Positions 20,333 through 31,115 of a DNA stretch of 64,000 nt are shown here, in pieces. The stretch covers positions 21,214-85,213 of the forward strand of contig CAKPMC010000004.1 in NCBI GenBank assembly GCA_934167875.1, read 5' to 3'. Below the pieces are notes generated by a model. It was not told where the DNA came from and searched no databases. It saw nothing but the letters and a program-made list of their open reading frames with translations. The DNA is from an uncultured Bacilli bacterium (GTDB taxonomy: Bacteria > Bacillota_I > Bacilli_A > RF39 > UBA660). The stretch's first letter is position 1, and each line of letters opens with the position of its first letter. A program made the position numbers and the translations under genes.

Positions 20333-22450
20333 ATGAAAAAAACATTAATGGTTTTAATAGTATTGTTTTCTTTATTTATAGTACCAAACTTTAAAGTAAA
20401 TGCCTTAACCGATAGTTTTTATGTGAAAGAATACTTAAACAGTGAATATATTGTAAAAATAAAAGGTCAAACAGGTAAGTATGAACAGATGAGAGCATTC
20501 AGGAGAAAAAGTGATAATAGAATTGCTTATTGTTTAGAATTATGGGAAGGAATAAATGAAAATAAAACTTTAACTGGTTATGATGACGAACAGTATAATC
20601 ATGCTAACATAGATTATTCAAGTTGGGAAAAAGTAATGTTAATATCTTATTATGGATATGGTTACCAAAATCATACTGAACAAAAATGGATTGCGATAAC
20701 TCAATTTATGATTTGGAAAACTTTATCGCCAGATAGTACTTTATATTTTACTGATACCTTAAATGGTAAAAAAATAAATAAATATGAACAAGAAATGGCA
20801 GAAATAAATAACCTGATTAAAAATCATGCAACTATACCATCATTTGATAATCAAACTTTTAATACACGATATAAAGAAGATTATCAAATAATAGATGCCA
20901 ATAACATTTTAGATAAATATGATATAACTGGTTATAATACTAATAAAGTTAGTAAAGTAAATAATACCTTAACTGTAGCTACTACTGAAATAGGTGAGAA
21001 TATCGTTATCTTAGCTAACTCCGGTAAAAATTATAATAATAATCCAACAGTTTATATTGATCCTGCTGGTCAAGATTTATTAATATCAGGTAATTACATT
21101 CCTATTTATTCAGTAGTAAGATTTAACCTACCTGAAGGAAACATTACTGTTACTAAATTAGATAAAGATACTAATACTAAACTACCTCAAGGTAATGCCA
21201 GTCTTAATAATAGTAAATTTATTTTAATGGATAAAGATAATATGATAGTTTCAACTAAAACAATCACTAATAACAGCGAATTAACATTTGAACATCTAGG
21301 ATATGGTACTTATTATCTCAAAGAAATAGAATCAGGAAAGGGTTATCTTTTAAATGATAACGTTATTAAAATAGAAGTAAATAATAATTATGAAAATATT
21401 AATTTTTATAATCAGGTTATTAAAGAAAAAATCATCATAAAAAAATATATAAGAAATACTATAACTAATCAAATAGCCATAGAGGAGGGAGCCATTTTTT
21501 CTATCTATAATTCTAATAATGAAAAAATAACTACCTTTAAAACAGATGAAAATGGAGTATATGAATTAACTTTACCATATGGAGATTATTTACTAAAACA
21601 AGATTATGGTATGATAAATCATTCTTATATAAAAGATATTTTAATATCTATAAATAATAATGGTAATACACAATATCTTAATCTTTATAATGATGAACTA
21701 ACTGCTAAAGTAAAGGTAATTAATACAGATAGTGATTCTAATCTACCTATATTAGAAAGTGGTGCTTCTTTTAAAATAAAAAAATTAGATGGTGATATAG
21801 AAACTTTAATAACCAATGGTAATGGCTTTACCAATGAATTATTACTATCAAGTGGTAAATATCAATTAGAACAGATTTCTTCTGTTGATGGTTATGATAT
21901 TAATAAAAACATATTTGAATTTGAAATAACTGCAGATACTAATTTCATTAATGATAATGGTAATAACCTAATTGAATTAACTGTTCCTAATGATAAGTTA
22001 AAAGGTAAAATAAAAGTTATTAAAAAAACAGAATATTATTTAAATGATATTTTAACAGATACCAAAATAGAAGAATTAAATGATATAACTATTTATGCAA
22101 ATGATGATATTTATTCTAAAGATGAAATTAAACTATATGAAAAAAATAATATAGTTACTTCAAATTTATATTTTGGTACATATTATTTAATTAATCCAGT
22201 AACAAATGCTAAAATAGAATTAATTATCGATACTCCAAGTACCAGAAAAGTAGAAATTATTGAAAAAATATATGAATATGAAACTAAAGATAAAGAGGAA
22301 TCTGATCCAATAAAATCAGACTATGAAGAAATAATAACTAATGTACCTAACACTTACCAAAAGGAAACTATTTCTTATCTTAGTTCTTTACTAATACTTA
22401 CTGGTTTTATTTTAAATAAAATGGAGAAAAAACATGAAACTCATAAATAA
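20333..22450 (+). CDS. sortase-anchored surface adhesin with Cna-B-type (Y-x-L-x-E...G-Y) repeat domains; possible thioester-like N-terminal domain
   Basis: Signal peptide present. Three to four Y.L.E....GY motifs (GTYYLKEIESGKGY, GDYLLKQDYGM, GKYQLEQISSVDGY). The C-terminal sorting signal is NVPNTY followed by a hydrophobic stretch and a KKHETHK tail. The protein has a single Cys in YCLE and a TQFMIW motif. Confidence 0.65.
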   Translation: MKKTLMVLIVLFSLFIVPNFKVNALTDSFYVKEYLNSEYIVKIKGQTGKYEQMRAFRRKSDNRIAYCLELWEGINENKTLTGYDDEQYNHANIDYSSWEKVMLISYYGYGYQNHTEQKWIAITQFMIWKTLSPDSTLYFTDTLNGKKINKYEQEMAEINNLIKNHATIPSFDNQTFNTRYKEDYQIIDANNILDKYDITGYNTNKVSKVNNTLTVATTEIGENIVILANSGKNYNNNPTVYIDPAGQDLLISGNYIPIYSVVRFNLPEGNITVTKLDKDTNTKLPQGNASLNNSKFILMDKDNMIVSTKTITNNSELTFEHLGYGTYYLKEIESGKGYLLNDNVIKIEVNNNYENINFYNQVIKEKIIIKKYIRNTITNQIAIEEGAIFSIYNSNNEKITTFKTDENGVYELTLPYGDYLLKQDYGMINHSYIKDILISINNNGNTQYLNLYNDELTAKVKVINTDSDSNLPILESGASFKIKKLDGDIETLITNGNGFTNELLLSSGKYQLEQISSVDGYDINKNIFEFEITADTNFINDNGNNLIELTVPNDKLKGKIKVIKKTEYYLNDILTDTKIEELNDITIYANDDIYSKDEIKLYEKNNIVTSNLYFGTYYLINPVTNAKIELIIDTPSTRKVEIIEKIYEYETKDKEESDPIKSDYEEIITNVPNTYQKETISYLSSLLILTGFILNKMEKKHETHK

Positions 22451-22994
22451 GGGATTAATTATTTCCTTACTTGGAGTATTTCTATTTAGTTATCAAAATA
22501 TTACTAATCATAAAAAAATAGAAAAAGAAGAAAACAAGATATTTCAAACTTTAGCTAAAGAAACTGGTTATAATTATAAAGATAACGATACATATGATGG
22601 AATCATCGAAATACCACAAATAAATCTGCAAAAGGGTTTCTACCAAAAAAATGATAAAAGAAATAATATCAATGAAAATATAACTATCCATAATATGTCA
22701 ACTTATCCAAACGAAGATAATTCCAATCTTATTCTAATGGCACATTCTGGAAATGGTGAAAAAGCTTACTTTAATGATTTACCAAAGTTAAATACTGATA
22801 GTTTAATAAAAATATATTATCAAAATATTAAATATACTTATAAAATAGATAAGTATTATGAAGTACCTAAAACTGGTGATGTTTCTATAAAAAGAAATAT
22901 AAATAAAAAAACAATAACTCTAATTACTTGTAGTCAACAAGATAAGACTAAGCAATTAGTATACATAGGATACTTAATAGATGAAACAAAATAG
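22434..22994 (+). CDS. sortase (small class-B-like)
   Basis: N-terminal TM, a His motif LILMAHSG and the catalytic Cys motif TLITC. Confidence 0.7.
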   Translation: MKLINKGLIISLLGVFLFSYQNITNHKKIEKEENKIFQTLAKETGYNYKDNDTYDGIIEIPQINLQKGFYQKNDKRNNINENITIHNMSTYPNEDNSNLILMAHSGNGEKAYFNDLPKLNTDSLIKIYYQNIKYTYKIDKYYEVPKTGDVSIKRNINKKTITLITCSQQDKTKQLVYIGYLIDETK

Positions 22995-23008
22995 GAATAG
23001 CTATCAGG

Positions 23009-23422
23009 CTATTCCTTTATAAATCCATTAGTTTTAAATTTAGAAACAATTCTATCTTTAGAAACACTACCATTTATTCTAGATGATACAGTTTCTTCAA
23101 CTCCATCTTTATAGAAGATAACAGTAGGAGTACCAGTAATACCAGTCTCACTAAATAAACTATTTTCTTCTTCTTCAGTTATATGATCAGTATTAATAAA
23201 TTTAACTTCAACTTTATAACTATTAGCTACATCAGTTATTTTAGGTTTAAAGTTTATACAAGCACTACAATCAGTTCTCATAATTTCTAAAATAAACGTT
23301 TCTTTATTATCAAGTAATTCTTTATATTCCTTATAACTAATTTCCTTCATATAATCTTTTCCACAACCAGTCATTAGTAATAAACAAACTACTAATACAC
23401 AAAATTTAACTATTCTCTTCAT
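23009..23422 (-). CDS. thioredoxin-fold lipoprotein (CxxC thiol-disulfide oxidoreductase)
   Basis: Lipobox LLMTGC, the active site DCSACINF (CxxC) and a cis-Pro region GTPTVIFY. This is the only minus-strand gene in the island. Confidence 0.7.
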   Translation of the reverse strand: MKRIVKFCVLVVCLLLMTGCGKDYMKEISYKEYKELLDNKETFILEIMRTDCSACINFKPKITDVANSYKVEVKFINTDHITEEEENSLFSETGITGTPTVIFYKDGVEETVSSRINGSVSKDRIVSKFKTNGFIKE

Positions 23423-23527
23423 AATGCACCTCTCATAAAGTATAACACAAATCTATAAGTTTTACCTCTTTTTTTTAATCACAATTAATGCTATAATATA
23501 GCTAGAATAAAAATAGGAGGCTATACT

Positions 23528-25093
23528 ATGATACTTAGAAAACCGTATGCTTTTTTAATAAAGTATTTTCAAAAGATTAATATTCTACTACTCATCCTAG
23601 TTAGCTATGTCTTTTATAAGAACTTAAAAATATACCAATTTGCTAAAACATACTTAGCTACCGGTATTTATAATTCAAGTATTGATCCTATTAGTAACTA
23701 CGCTAATACTTATGTTTATTTAGCCTTTATATTTATCATTGTAATTAGTTTTATCCTAATTTATTTATTAAGACATAAGGATAAACCATATGCTAGTTAT
23801 GTTTTTGTTTTAGTATCTAATGTTATTGCCTTTGCTTTTTTCTTATATACTAGCCATTATTTTACTTATACAGTAACAGAAGGATATAATTTAGTAGCAA
23901 TTAGAGTAGTAAGAGATTTACTATTTATATCAACATTACCTTACTATCCAATGATATTTATTCTATTAATTCGTTCTATTGGTATTGATCTTAAAAACTT
24001 TGGTTTCCAAGAAGATAAAGAATTTGCTGAAATAAATGAATCAGATAGAGAAGAAGTAGAAGTACAAGTTGCTTTTAATAAAGATAGACTTATTCGTAAA
24101 ATAAAAAATAAGCTTCGCTATTTAAAATACTTCTTTTTAGAACACAAGTTTTCTCTTACGATAGTATTTGTTTTAATATTATTTATATTTGGTTATAACT
24201 TTTATAATTATTTTTATGTTGAAAATAAAGTTTATTCTATGAATGAATCATTTAATAGTAATTATTATCGTATTACTGTTAAAAACACTTACTTAACTGA
24301 TAAAGATTATGCTGGTAATATTGTATCAGAGACCGGTAAATTTTTTATAATTGCTCAAGTTCAAATTCAAAATTTATTAAGTTCTTCCAGAGATTTTGAT
24401 ATTGAAAAAATGTTATTGTTTATAGACCAAGATTATTATGTTCCAACTACTAAATATAATGTTCATTTTAGTGATATGGGTAATACTTATGAAAATAAAA
24501 GTATTAAACCTAAAGAAACAGTTACTTATTCCTTAATATATGAAGTAAAAAAGCCTAATTCAAAAGCTAACTTTTTACTAAAATATCAAGATGTTTTAGC
24601 TAAAGATGGTAAATTAATTGGTGTTAAGATGAAAGTATTAGATATTAGTACATTTAAAACTAAAGGTAATTTTACTTATCCAGAACAAGCAACTATTCCA
24701 ATTAATGAAGAAACTAGCATGACTTTTAGTTTTGATAAAATGGATATAACAGAAAGTAGTACTTATCGTTATCAATCATGTTTACCAGATTCATGCCCAA
24801 TTTATGAAAAAACTATAACAGCTCCATCTGGATATAAAATATTATATTTGAGAGGAAATTTTGGTAGTAATACCACTCAAGAATATTTGGATTTTCTAAA
24901 AAAATATGGTAAAATTCGCTATTCTAAAGATGGTAAGACTTACCAAAGTAATATTAAATTTGCTGTTACTGGAGCATATCAAGGTAGACATATTTATATT
25001 TCCATCCCGGATAGCATAGCTGATGCTGATTCCATATCATTTGTTTTTACTATTCGTACTTACCAATACTTCTATAAGTTAAAAGGAGAATAA
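23528..25093 (+). CDS. membrane protein with C-terminal extracytoplasmic DUF4352-like (Ig-like) domain
   Basis: 4-5 N-terminal TMs. The segment KFFIIAQVQIQN...DQDYYVPTT...ETVTYSLIYEV resembles the DUF4352 fold pattern. Confidence 0.4.
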   Translation: MILRKPYAFLIKYFQKINILLLILVSYVFYKNLKIYQFAKTYLATGIYNSSIDPISNYANTYVYLAFIFIIVISFILIYLLRHKDKPYASYVFVLVSNVIAFAFFLYTSHYFTYTVTEGYNLVAIRVVRDLLFISTLPYYPMIFILLIRSIGIDLKNFGFQEDKEFAEINESDREEVEVQVAFNKDRLIRKIKNKLRYLKYFFLEHKFSLTIVFVLILFIFGYNFYNYFYVENKVYSMNESFNSNYYRITVKNTYLTDKDYAGNIVSETGKFFIIAQVQIQNLLSSSRDFDIEKMLLFIDQDYYVPTTKYNVHFSDMGNTYENKSIKPKETVTYSLIYEVKKPNSKANFLLKYQDVLAKDGKLIGVKMKVLDISTFKTKGNFTYPEQATIPINEETSMTFSFDKMDITESSTYRYQSCLPDSCPIYEKTITAPSGYKILYLRGNFGSNTTQEYLDFLKKYGKIRYSKDGKTYQSNIKFAVTGAYQGRHIYISIPDSIADADSISFVFTIRTYQYFYKLKGE

Positions 25094-25094
25094 T

Positions 25095-26903
25095 ATGAAA
25101 AAAAAGAAAAGAATTATTAAATTCATTATATTAGTATTAATAAGCTTACTTTTAATATTAAGTGGTATTATCTCTTGGAATGTTTATTTTTCCAAACAAA
25201 AGTTATTTGTTGATCAAGAAAAGTTATTTCTAAATGAAGTAAAACACTATTATGATTTAAATAAACAATATTTACCTAAAAAGGGTGAAACTAGAGAAAT
25301 GACTCTTCAAAATTTATATGATATTAATTATATTGATGGTCTCTATATACCTAAAACTAAAACTTTATGTGATAGTAATAGTTGGGTAAGAGTATACCAT
25401 AATGATAATGATGAATATGAATATACTACATATTTAAAATGTGGTAAATATGAAACAAAAGTAGATCATATTGGACCTAAAATAACTTTAAATGGTGATA
25501 TGCAATTAGTAATAGCACTAGGTAGTACTTATGAAGAATTAGGTGTAGCTAGTGTAGAAGATAATATTGATGGTAAAATTGATACTTCTAAAGTAATAAT
25601 AGAATCAAATGTAGATACTTCTAAGCTAGGTAGTTATGAAGTAACTTATACTATAAGAGATAAAAATTATAATAAAACAGTTGTAACTAGAACAGTAATA
25701 GTAGCTAATAATTTAACTGAAGTAGTAAAAAAGAATACTGATGCTACAGGTTATTATAAAGGATTGAATCAAAATAATTATTTATTATATTCAGGAATGT
25801 TATTTAGAATAGTTAAAGTTAATGAAGATGGTAGTATTAAATTAATAACAGATGAAGCTATTACTAATTTAAGAGCTGATTATGATAATTATGAAAATTC
25901 AAACGTTGATACTTGGTTAAAAGAAGTATATTTAAAAAGTTTAAATAAAACAGATAAATACTTAGTAGACAGTACATACTGTGTAGGTAATATAAATTCA
26001 ACTACTGATTATACTACTGAATGTAGTAGTACCATTACATCAAAAGTAGGCTTACTAAATATTAGTGATTATTATAATACACTAGCTAATAATAATTCAT
26101 CTATACATACATCACGATATATGTTAGCTAATAAAGTAGATAATAACTATTTATCTGCCCCAATTACAGATAAAGATATAACTGTGACTACAAAAATATT
26201 AGCACCAATTAGACCTGTTATTACATTAAAAGCTAATTTATATCTATTAAGTGGCAATGGAAGTAGTGATAACCCATATAAATTAGATGATTACAGTTAT
26301 GCTAAAGCAAATGACTTATTAAGCAGTAGAATAGTTGGTGAATATGTTCAATATTCTGGTCTATCATTTCGTATTATAGGAATTGATTCTAATAAAAATG
26401 TGAGATTAATTATGGCAGATCCATGGGTCGTTCAACCTAAAAATAAAGCTTTAACATTGAGTATAGAAAATTTAAGTAATACAAGATTTAATTTGACAGA
26501 AGAAAATAATCCAGGATACATTTTAAATAATGATTATTTAGACTATATTGATACAAAATCAATAGTTGATACAGAATATGAAATTCCAACAACAGTTGAT
26601 GAAGTAAATTACAATGACTATCAAACAACACCAATTAAAGCTAAAATTTTATTACCAAAAACTTATGAATTATTTGCTAGTAGCGGCAATAGTAAGGAAA
26701 ATATGATATCGTCATATATGTATATTGATTCAACAGATAATTCTAATACGGTATATGCAATAAATGGTGCAACTGGCAATGTTTTTGAATTTAATACTCA
26801 AGCCTTATCAGAATATAGAATACGTGCTGTACTAACTATAAAAGGTGATTTAAAAATATCAAGTGGCAAAGGAACAATTAATTCCCCATATTTATTAAAG
26901 TAG
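25095..26903 (+). CDS. N-terminally membrane-anchored extracellular protein, unknown function
   Basis: A single N-terminal TM followed by a 570-aa hydrophilic, Asn/Thr/Tyr-rich domain. Confidence 0.4.
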   Translation: MKKKKRIIKFIILVLISLLLILSGIISWNVYFSKQKLFVDQEKLFLNEVKHYYDLNKQYLPKKGETREMTLQNLYDINYIDGLYIPKTKTLCDSNSWVRVYHNDNDEYEYTTYLKCGKYETKVDHIGPKITLNGDMQLVIALGSTYEELGVASVEDNIDGKIDTSKVIIESNVDTSKLGSYEVTYTIRDKNYNKTVVTRTVIVANNLTEVVKKNTDATGYYKGLNQNNYLLYSGMLFRIVKVNEDGSIKLITDEAITNLRADYDNYENSNVDTWLKEVYLKSLNKTDKYLVDSTYCVGNINSTTDYTTECSSTITSKVGLLNISDYYNTLANNNSSIHTSRYMLANKVDNNYLSAPITDKDITVTTKILAPIRPVITLKANLYLLSGNGSSDNPYKLDDYSYAKANDLLSSRIVGEYVQYSGLSFRIIGIDSNKNVRLIMADPWVVQPKNKALTLSIENLSNTRFNLTEENNPGYILNNDYLDYIDTKSIVDTEYEIPTTVDEVNYNDYQTTPIKAKILLPKTYELFASSGNSKENMISSYMYIDSTDNSNTVYAINGATGNVFEFNTQALSEYRIRAVLTIKGDLKISSGKGTINSPYLLK

Positions 26904-26910
26904 GTGTCTT

Positions 26911-27684
26911 ATGAAAAGCAGAAAAAAAATTATAGTAATTTTAGTGATTTTTATAATTGCAATAATTTTCTTAGTTATATCAATAAAAAAAATTACAACA
27001 AAAAAAGCTGATAACCAATTAATGAATTTAAATTTTAAAAGTAGGGTATCAGAACTAGAAAACTTTGATAGCAAGGATTATTCAAAAATAGGTTGGCTAC
27101 AGGTACAAGGTACAACTATTGACTTACCAATTTTAGATTTTAGAAGTGCTACTGATAATAGTATTAATTATTCCTATGCTTGGCTAAATTCCAATTATAA
27201 CACTGGAGAAAATCGCCAAGTAATTAATGGGCATAACATTTTAAATGTGTCATCAACGCCATTAATTAATGATGAGAATTTGACTGATTTTGAACCGTTA
27301 ATGGCATTTACATACGCAAGTTTTGCCAAAGATAATTTATATATTCAATATACAAAAGATAATCAAGATGAAATATATTTAATATATGCTGTTGGATTTT
27401 ATGATTATTTATATGATAGTGATTATAGTTACAATGACAAAGAAAAACTGACTAAATACATAAATGATGTAAGAGAAAATAGTATATACGATTACGAAAT
27501 AGATGTTAATTCAGATGATGATTTAATAGTATTAAAAACATGTACAAGATACTTTGGAGCAACAGAAAAGCAATCTTTTACTATTAACGCAAGAAAATTA
27601 AGAAAAAATGAAGAAATAGTTAAATATAAAGTAACAACGAATAAGTTATTTGATGAACTACTTAATAATAGCAAAAAAGGTTAA
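26911..27684 (+). CDS. sortase (class-B-like)
   Basis: N-terminal TM, GWLQVQGTTIDLPIL, His motif VINGHN, and the catalytic Cys in LIVLKTCTR. Confidence 0.7.
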   Translation: MKSRKKIIVILVIFIIAIIFLVISIKKITTKKADNQLMNLNFKSRVSELENFDSKDYSKIGWLQVQGTTIDLPILDFRSATDNSINYSYAWLNSNYNTGENRQVINGHNILNVSSTPLINDENLTDFEPLMAFTYASFAKDNLYIQYTKDNQDEIYLIYAVGFYDYLYDSDYSYNDKEKLTKYINDVRENSIYDYEIDVNSDDDLIVLKTCTRYFGATEKQSFTINARKLRKNEEIVKYKVTTNKLFDELLNNSKKG

Positions 27685-27741
27685 AAAATATTTAAAAAAC
27701 ATTTGAACTATGATATACTTTATTAAGATATAGAGGTGTTT

Positions 27742-30654
27742 ATGAAAAAAATAACATATATACTAACAATTTTATTTTTATTAATTAGTTTTCCAAATAT
27801 AGCAGAAGCAAAAAAAAATGATTCACAACTTAATGTTTGTCTTAATAATAGGTTGTATTCTGTTCTATATGACTCTACTAAGCCAATTACTAGAAATATG
27901 ATAGGAATTGGTGAAGATGGTAAACCCAGAATTATTAATGACGGCACATTAGATGAATATGAAATAACTTTTACTGAACTTGGTACTAAATGTCGTAACG
28001 ATGGGGATAATATTATCAACTGTCCAGAAGATGGCTCTATCTATACATATAAAAATATAAGAACAGCATATTTAAATGACGATACAGAAACAGAAACAAC
28101 AACTATTAATAGTGATAACATAATTCTTAATTTCAACCAATCAACAGGAAAATTTAATGTCACAATAAAAGATAAATTTAATGATAAAGTTTATATAAGA
28201 TATGTATCAGATGAAAAAAATTTGAATGTTTCAGACGATGATGATATATCTAGATACTTGAATCAATTTTTAAATAGAAGTAATGGCAATTATTACATAA
28301 ACGGTGTTGATGGACAATCTATCGTTTATTTAGAGTTTTATATAAAAGATTCTAATTCTAAATGTAAGGATACCTATATTGGATATATTTCTTTTTCATT
28401 ACCATCAGCTTATGATTATGAACTTGATAATCCAGCACTTTCATCTCCGAGTGACTATGGATGTGATGCCGTTAAAAATTATAAACCAGATGCTATGAAA
28501 ATTGATAGCGATGAATATAAAAACTTATTATCACCCATGAAGGAAAATTATATACATGAATGCTATACAGATAAAAAATTATCGTTTGGTTCGATAGGAA
28601 TAGGTGGATCAACACTAAAAAATACAATAAATAGTAAACTAGAAAAATTAAAAGATCTATTTTCTGATTACCAAATTTCTGAATCAAAAAATGGTAAGAT
28701 ATGTACTGATTTATATTCTACTTCACCTAAAGTAACATATGCAAGTAGTGGAAAGTACTGGGCTATGGTATGTACAGAAAAATATACTGCTACAGGCGAT
28801 GAAGCAAAATTGGTAAAAGCTGGTGAAGGATTTGAATATCAAGCAAATTATACAATAACTAGGCAGTGTAAATTAAGCCAAATTTCAAAACCAACTAAAT
28901 TGCCTAAATGTGAATATGAACTCCACCATTCATGCGATTGGAATATGAGTAATGGTACTAGAAAAGGTTGTAGTGGTGCCGATTGTGACGGTGGACCTAA
29001 TGACGATTTTGATATATGTGTTAAAGAATGTGATAATGGAAAATATTCACAAGAATGTATAAATGCTTGCTACCAATCAGTTTATAGTTCAGATAGAAAA
29101 TTAAGTATTTCAAATTCATCTTTAAAAAAAGATGGCAGAATACAATTTGTATCCCTTCAACACTCACAAACCTTCACACAATCTAATACAAATATTTCAT
29201 GTACAACAGCATATGGAAGAGCTGGATACTTAATTTATTACCAATGGCCAGCAAGTGGAACACCAAAGGTAAGTGGTACAGCCTGCTTTAGTACTAATTT
29301 CTGTGCTGGAAAAGGTGCTGGTGCCTGTACATTTAATACTTATAAAACACCTGATAATTGTGTGGAAGATCCAGAAACAACATATAAAAACGCATTGGCA
29401 GCATCAAAATCTGAATATGAAGCATATATAAATTATCAACAAAGTTCAGTTCCTTCTGGAACATATACTTATCAAATTACGGACTCATTTTTAAAAACTG
29501 GTAAAAAAACAGGAAATGAGGATAATAGTACCCCATATGTATTTGAAGTAAAAAGTAATGATAATTTTGACCCAAAAGTTAAAGTTGATAAATCAGAATC
29601 TAAGACAGGATCTGACTACAAAACTGAAACATTAGGCAATAGTGGCGGTGAATCAGTAAGTTATTATGAAAACTATACTGTCAAAGCAGATATTAAAACA
29701 AGTCTACCTTTATCATATGTTAATAAAATAACAGGTGGAACGGTTTATAAATCTGATGAAACAACTAAAAATAATGCATATGAAATTTATCAGAACGAAT
29801 CTGGTACTCGTAAATTGAGAAAAGTTCAGCAAGAAGGGACATCACCAACATCTGAATCTCATCCAATTACTGAGTTTATCGCATCACGCTATTATCATCA
29901 AGATAACGAGAGAAAATACTACACAAGCATTTGGAGCCAGAATACTAATGTTTTAATTCTTGAAAATAGAGTTTATCTAAAACCTAGAAATGATGTTAAT
30001 ACTAATTATAATATCAAGGTAATAAGTTCTAGTGTGGGTGCTGGAAATTTTGGATCTACTATAGATTGCTACTATGGTGTATACAACAGTTATTACTGTG
30101 ATAATAAAGACGATTGTCCAGTACCAGAATGTAAAGAAAATTGTCCTGATCCAACAGGAATTCAATATATATATCGTGTTATTGATTTAACTGATGTTTT
30201 CCCAAATGATAGAAATCCTAGATGGAATTGGACAAGCAGTGCTGCTAGAAAAGCAAGTGAAACTCGTATAGGATACAATATTGATCCAATTGCTAAAACT
30301 AAAGATATTGAGTCAAAAGGAGAATCAATTTATACTGATCAAAGCGAAACTGACTATGAATTCTATTTAACTAGAGAGAATATAAGAAATATACGTGACT
30401 ATAATAAGCATGTTAAAGACTATAATAATGATGGTTCCAACAATTATTTAGATTATAATATGAGCTGTTATATAGATGCTAAAGGCAGACAAATCTGTAC
30501 TAGCAGATTTTTAGATAATATAAATGGAAATAGTGGTTCAGAAGAATCTTCTAATTATATTACTTATGGATCACAATTCACAATTGACAGTAGAAAAGCT
30601 CTAGCTGGATGCAATGATGCTATAGGTCAATCATGTAATGATAAATACAATTAG
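27742..30654 (+). CDS. large secreted cysteine-rich protein (about 40 Cys), unknown function
   Basis: Signal peptide ...FPNIAEA/KKND. Paired Cys occur throughout (CPEDG, CDGGPNDDFDICVKECDNG, CPVPECKENCPDP). No sorting signal is present. Confidence 0.5.
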   Translation: MKKITYILTILFLLISFPNIAEAKKNDSQLNVCLNNRLYSVLYDSTKPITRNMIGIGEDGKPRIINDGTLDEYEITFTELGTKCRNDGDNIINCPEDGSIYTYKNIRTAYLNDDTETETTTINSDNIILNFNQSTGKFNVTIKDKFNDKVYIRYVSDEKNLNVSDDDDISRYLNQFLNRSNGNYYINGVDGQSIVYLEFYIKDSNSKCKDTYIGYISFSLPSAYDYELDNPALSSPSDYGCDAVKNYKPDAMKIDSDEYKNLLSPMKENYIHECYTDKKLSFGSIGIGGSTLKNTINSKLEKLKDLFSDYQISESKNGKICTDLYSTSPKVTYASSGKYWAMVCTEKYTATGDEAKLVKAGEGFEYQANYTITRQCKLSQISKPTKLPKCEYELHHSCDWNMSNGTRKGCSGADCDGGPNDDFDICVKECDNGKYSQECINACYQSVYSSDRKLSISNSSLKKDGRIQFVSLQHSQTFTQSNTNISCTTAYGRAGYLIYYQWPASGTPKVSGTACFSTNFCAGKGAGACTFNTYKTPDNCVEDPETTYKNALAASKSEYEAYINYQQSSVPSGTYTYQITDSFLKTGKKTGNEDNSTPYVFEVKSNDNFDPKVKVDKSESKTGSDYKTETLGNSGGESVSYYENYTVKADIKTSLPLSYVNKITGGTVYKSDETTKNNAYEIYQNESGTRKLRKVQQEGTSPTSESHPITEFIASRYYHQDNERKYYTSIWSQNTNVLILENRVYLKPRNDVNTNYNIKVISSSVGAGNFGSTIDCYYGVYNSYYCDNKDDCPVPECKENCPDPTGIQYIYRVIDLTDVFPNDRNPRWNWTSSAARKASETRIGYNIDPIAKTKDIESKGESIYTDQSETDYEFYLTRENIRNIRDYNKHVKDYNNDGSNNYLDYNMSCYIDAKGRQICTSRFLDNINGNSGSEESSNYITYGSQFTIDSRKALAGCNDAIGQSCNDKYN

Positions 30655-30664
30655 GAGGTAAACC

Positions 30665-31099
30665 ATGAGTAAAGGAATGACTATTGTAGGAATTATAATT
30701 ATTGGTGTATTAACACTATTTGTTGTTAATATCGTTCAAAACTATCAAAATGGTAGTGAACTTGATTTCTATTTGCTACAAGAAACAACAGAAGCAGCAA
30801 TGCTTGATGCTGTTGACTTAGGATACTATCGTTCTAGTGGTGGTATCCTAAGAGTAGATAGAGAAAAATTTCTAGAAAGCTTTGTTAGAAGATTTGCTGA
30901 AAGCGTAAATCAAGATAGAAATTATAAAATAAAAGTTATCGACTTCAATGAAACACCACCCAAAGTAAGTATCCAAGTTGGTTCAAGTACTGTTGCTACT
31001 TTTGCAGGTGACAGTTTTGATATAGTTACAAAAGTAGATGGAATATTAGAAACAAAATATTATGAAGACAGACTACTTAAAGATGTCGTAGAAGAATAA
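30665..31099 (+). CDS. pilin/pseudopilin-like small membrane-anchored protein (TadE/TadF-like candidate)
   Basis: 144 aa. A short polar N-terminus is followed by a single hydrophobic helix (MSKGMTIVGIIIIGVLTLFVVNIV) and then a hydrophilic domain. First gene of the Tad-like cluster. Confidence 0.35.
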   Translation: MSKGMTIVGIIIIGVLTLFVVNIVQNYQNGSELDFYLLQETTEAAMLDAVDLGYYRSSGGILRVDREKFLESFVRRFAESVNQDRNYKIKVIDFNETPPKVSIQVGSSTVATFAGDSFDIVTKVDGILETKYYEDRLLKDVVEE

Positions 31100-31115
31100 G
31101 AAAGGGGAAAATAAT

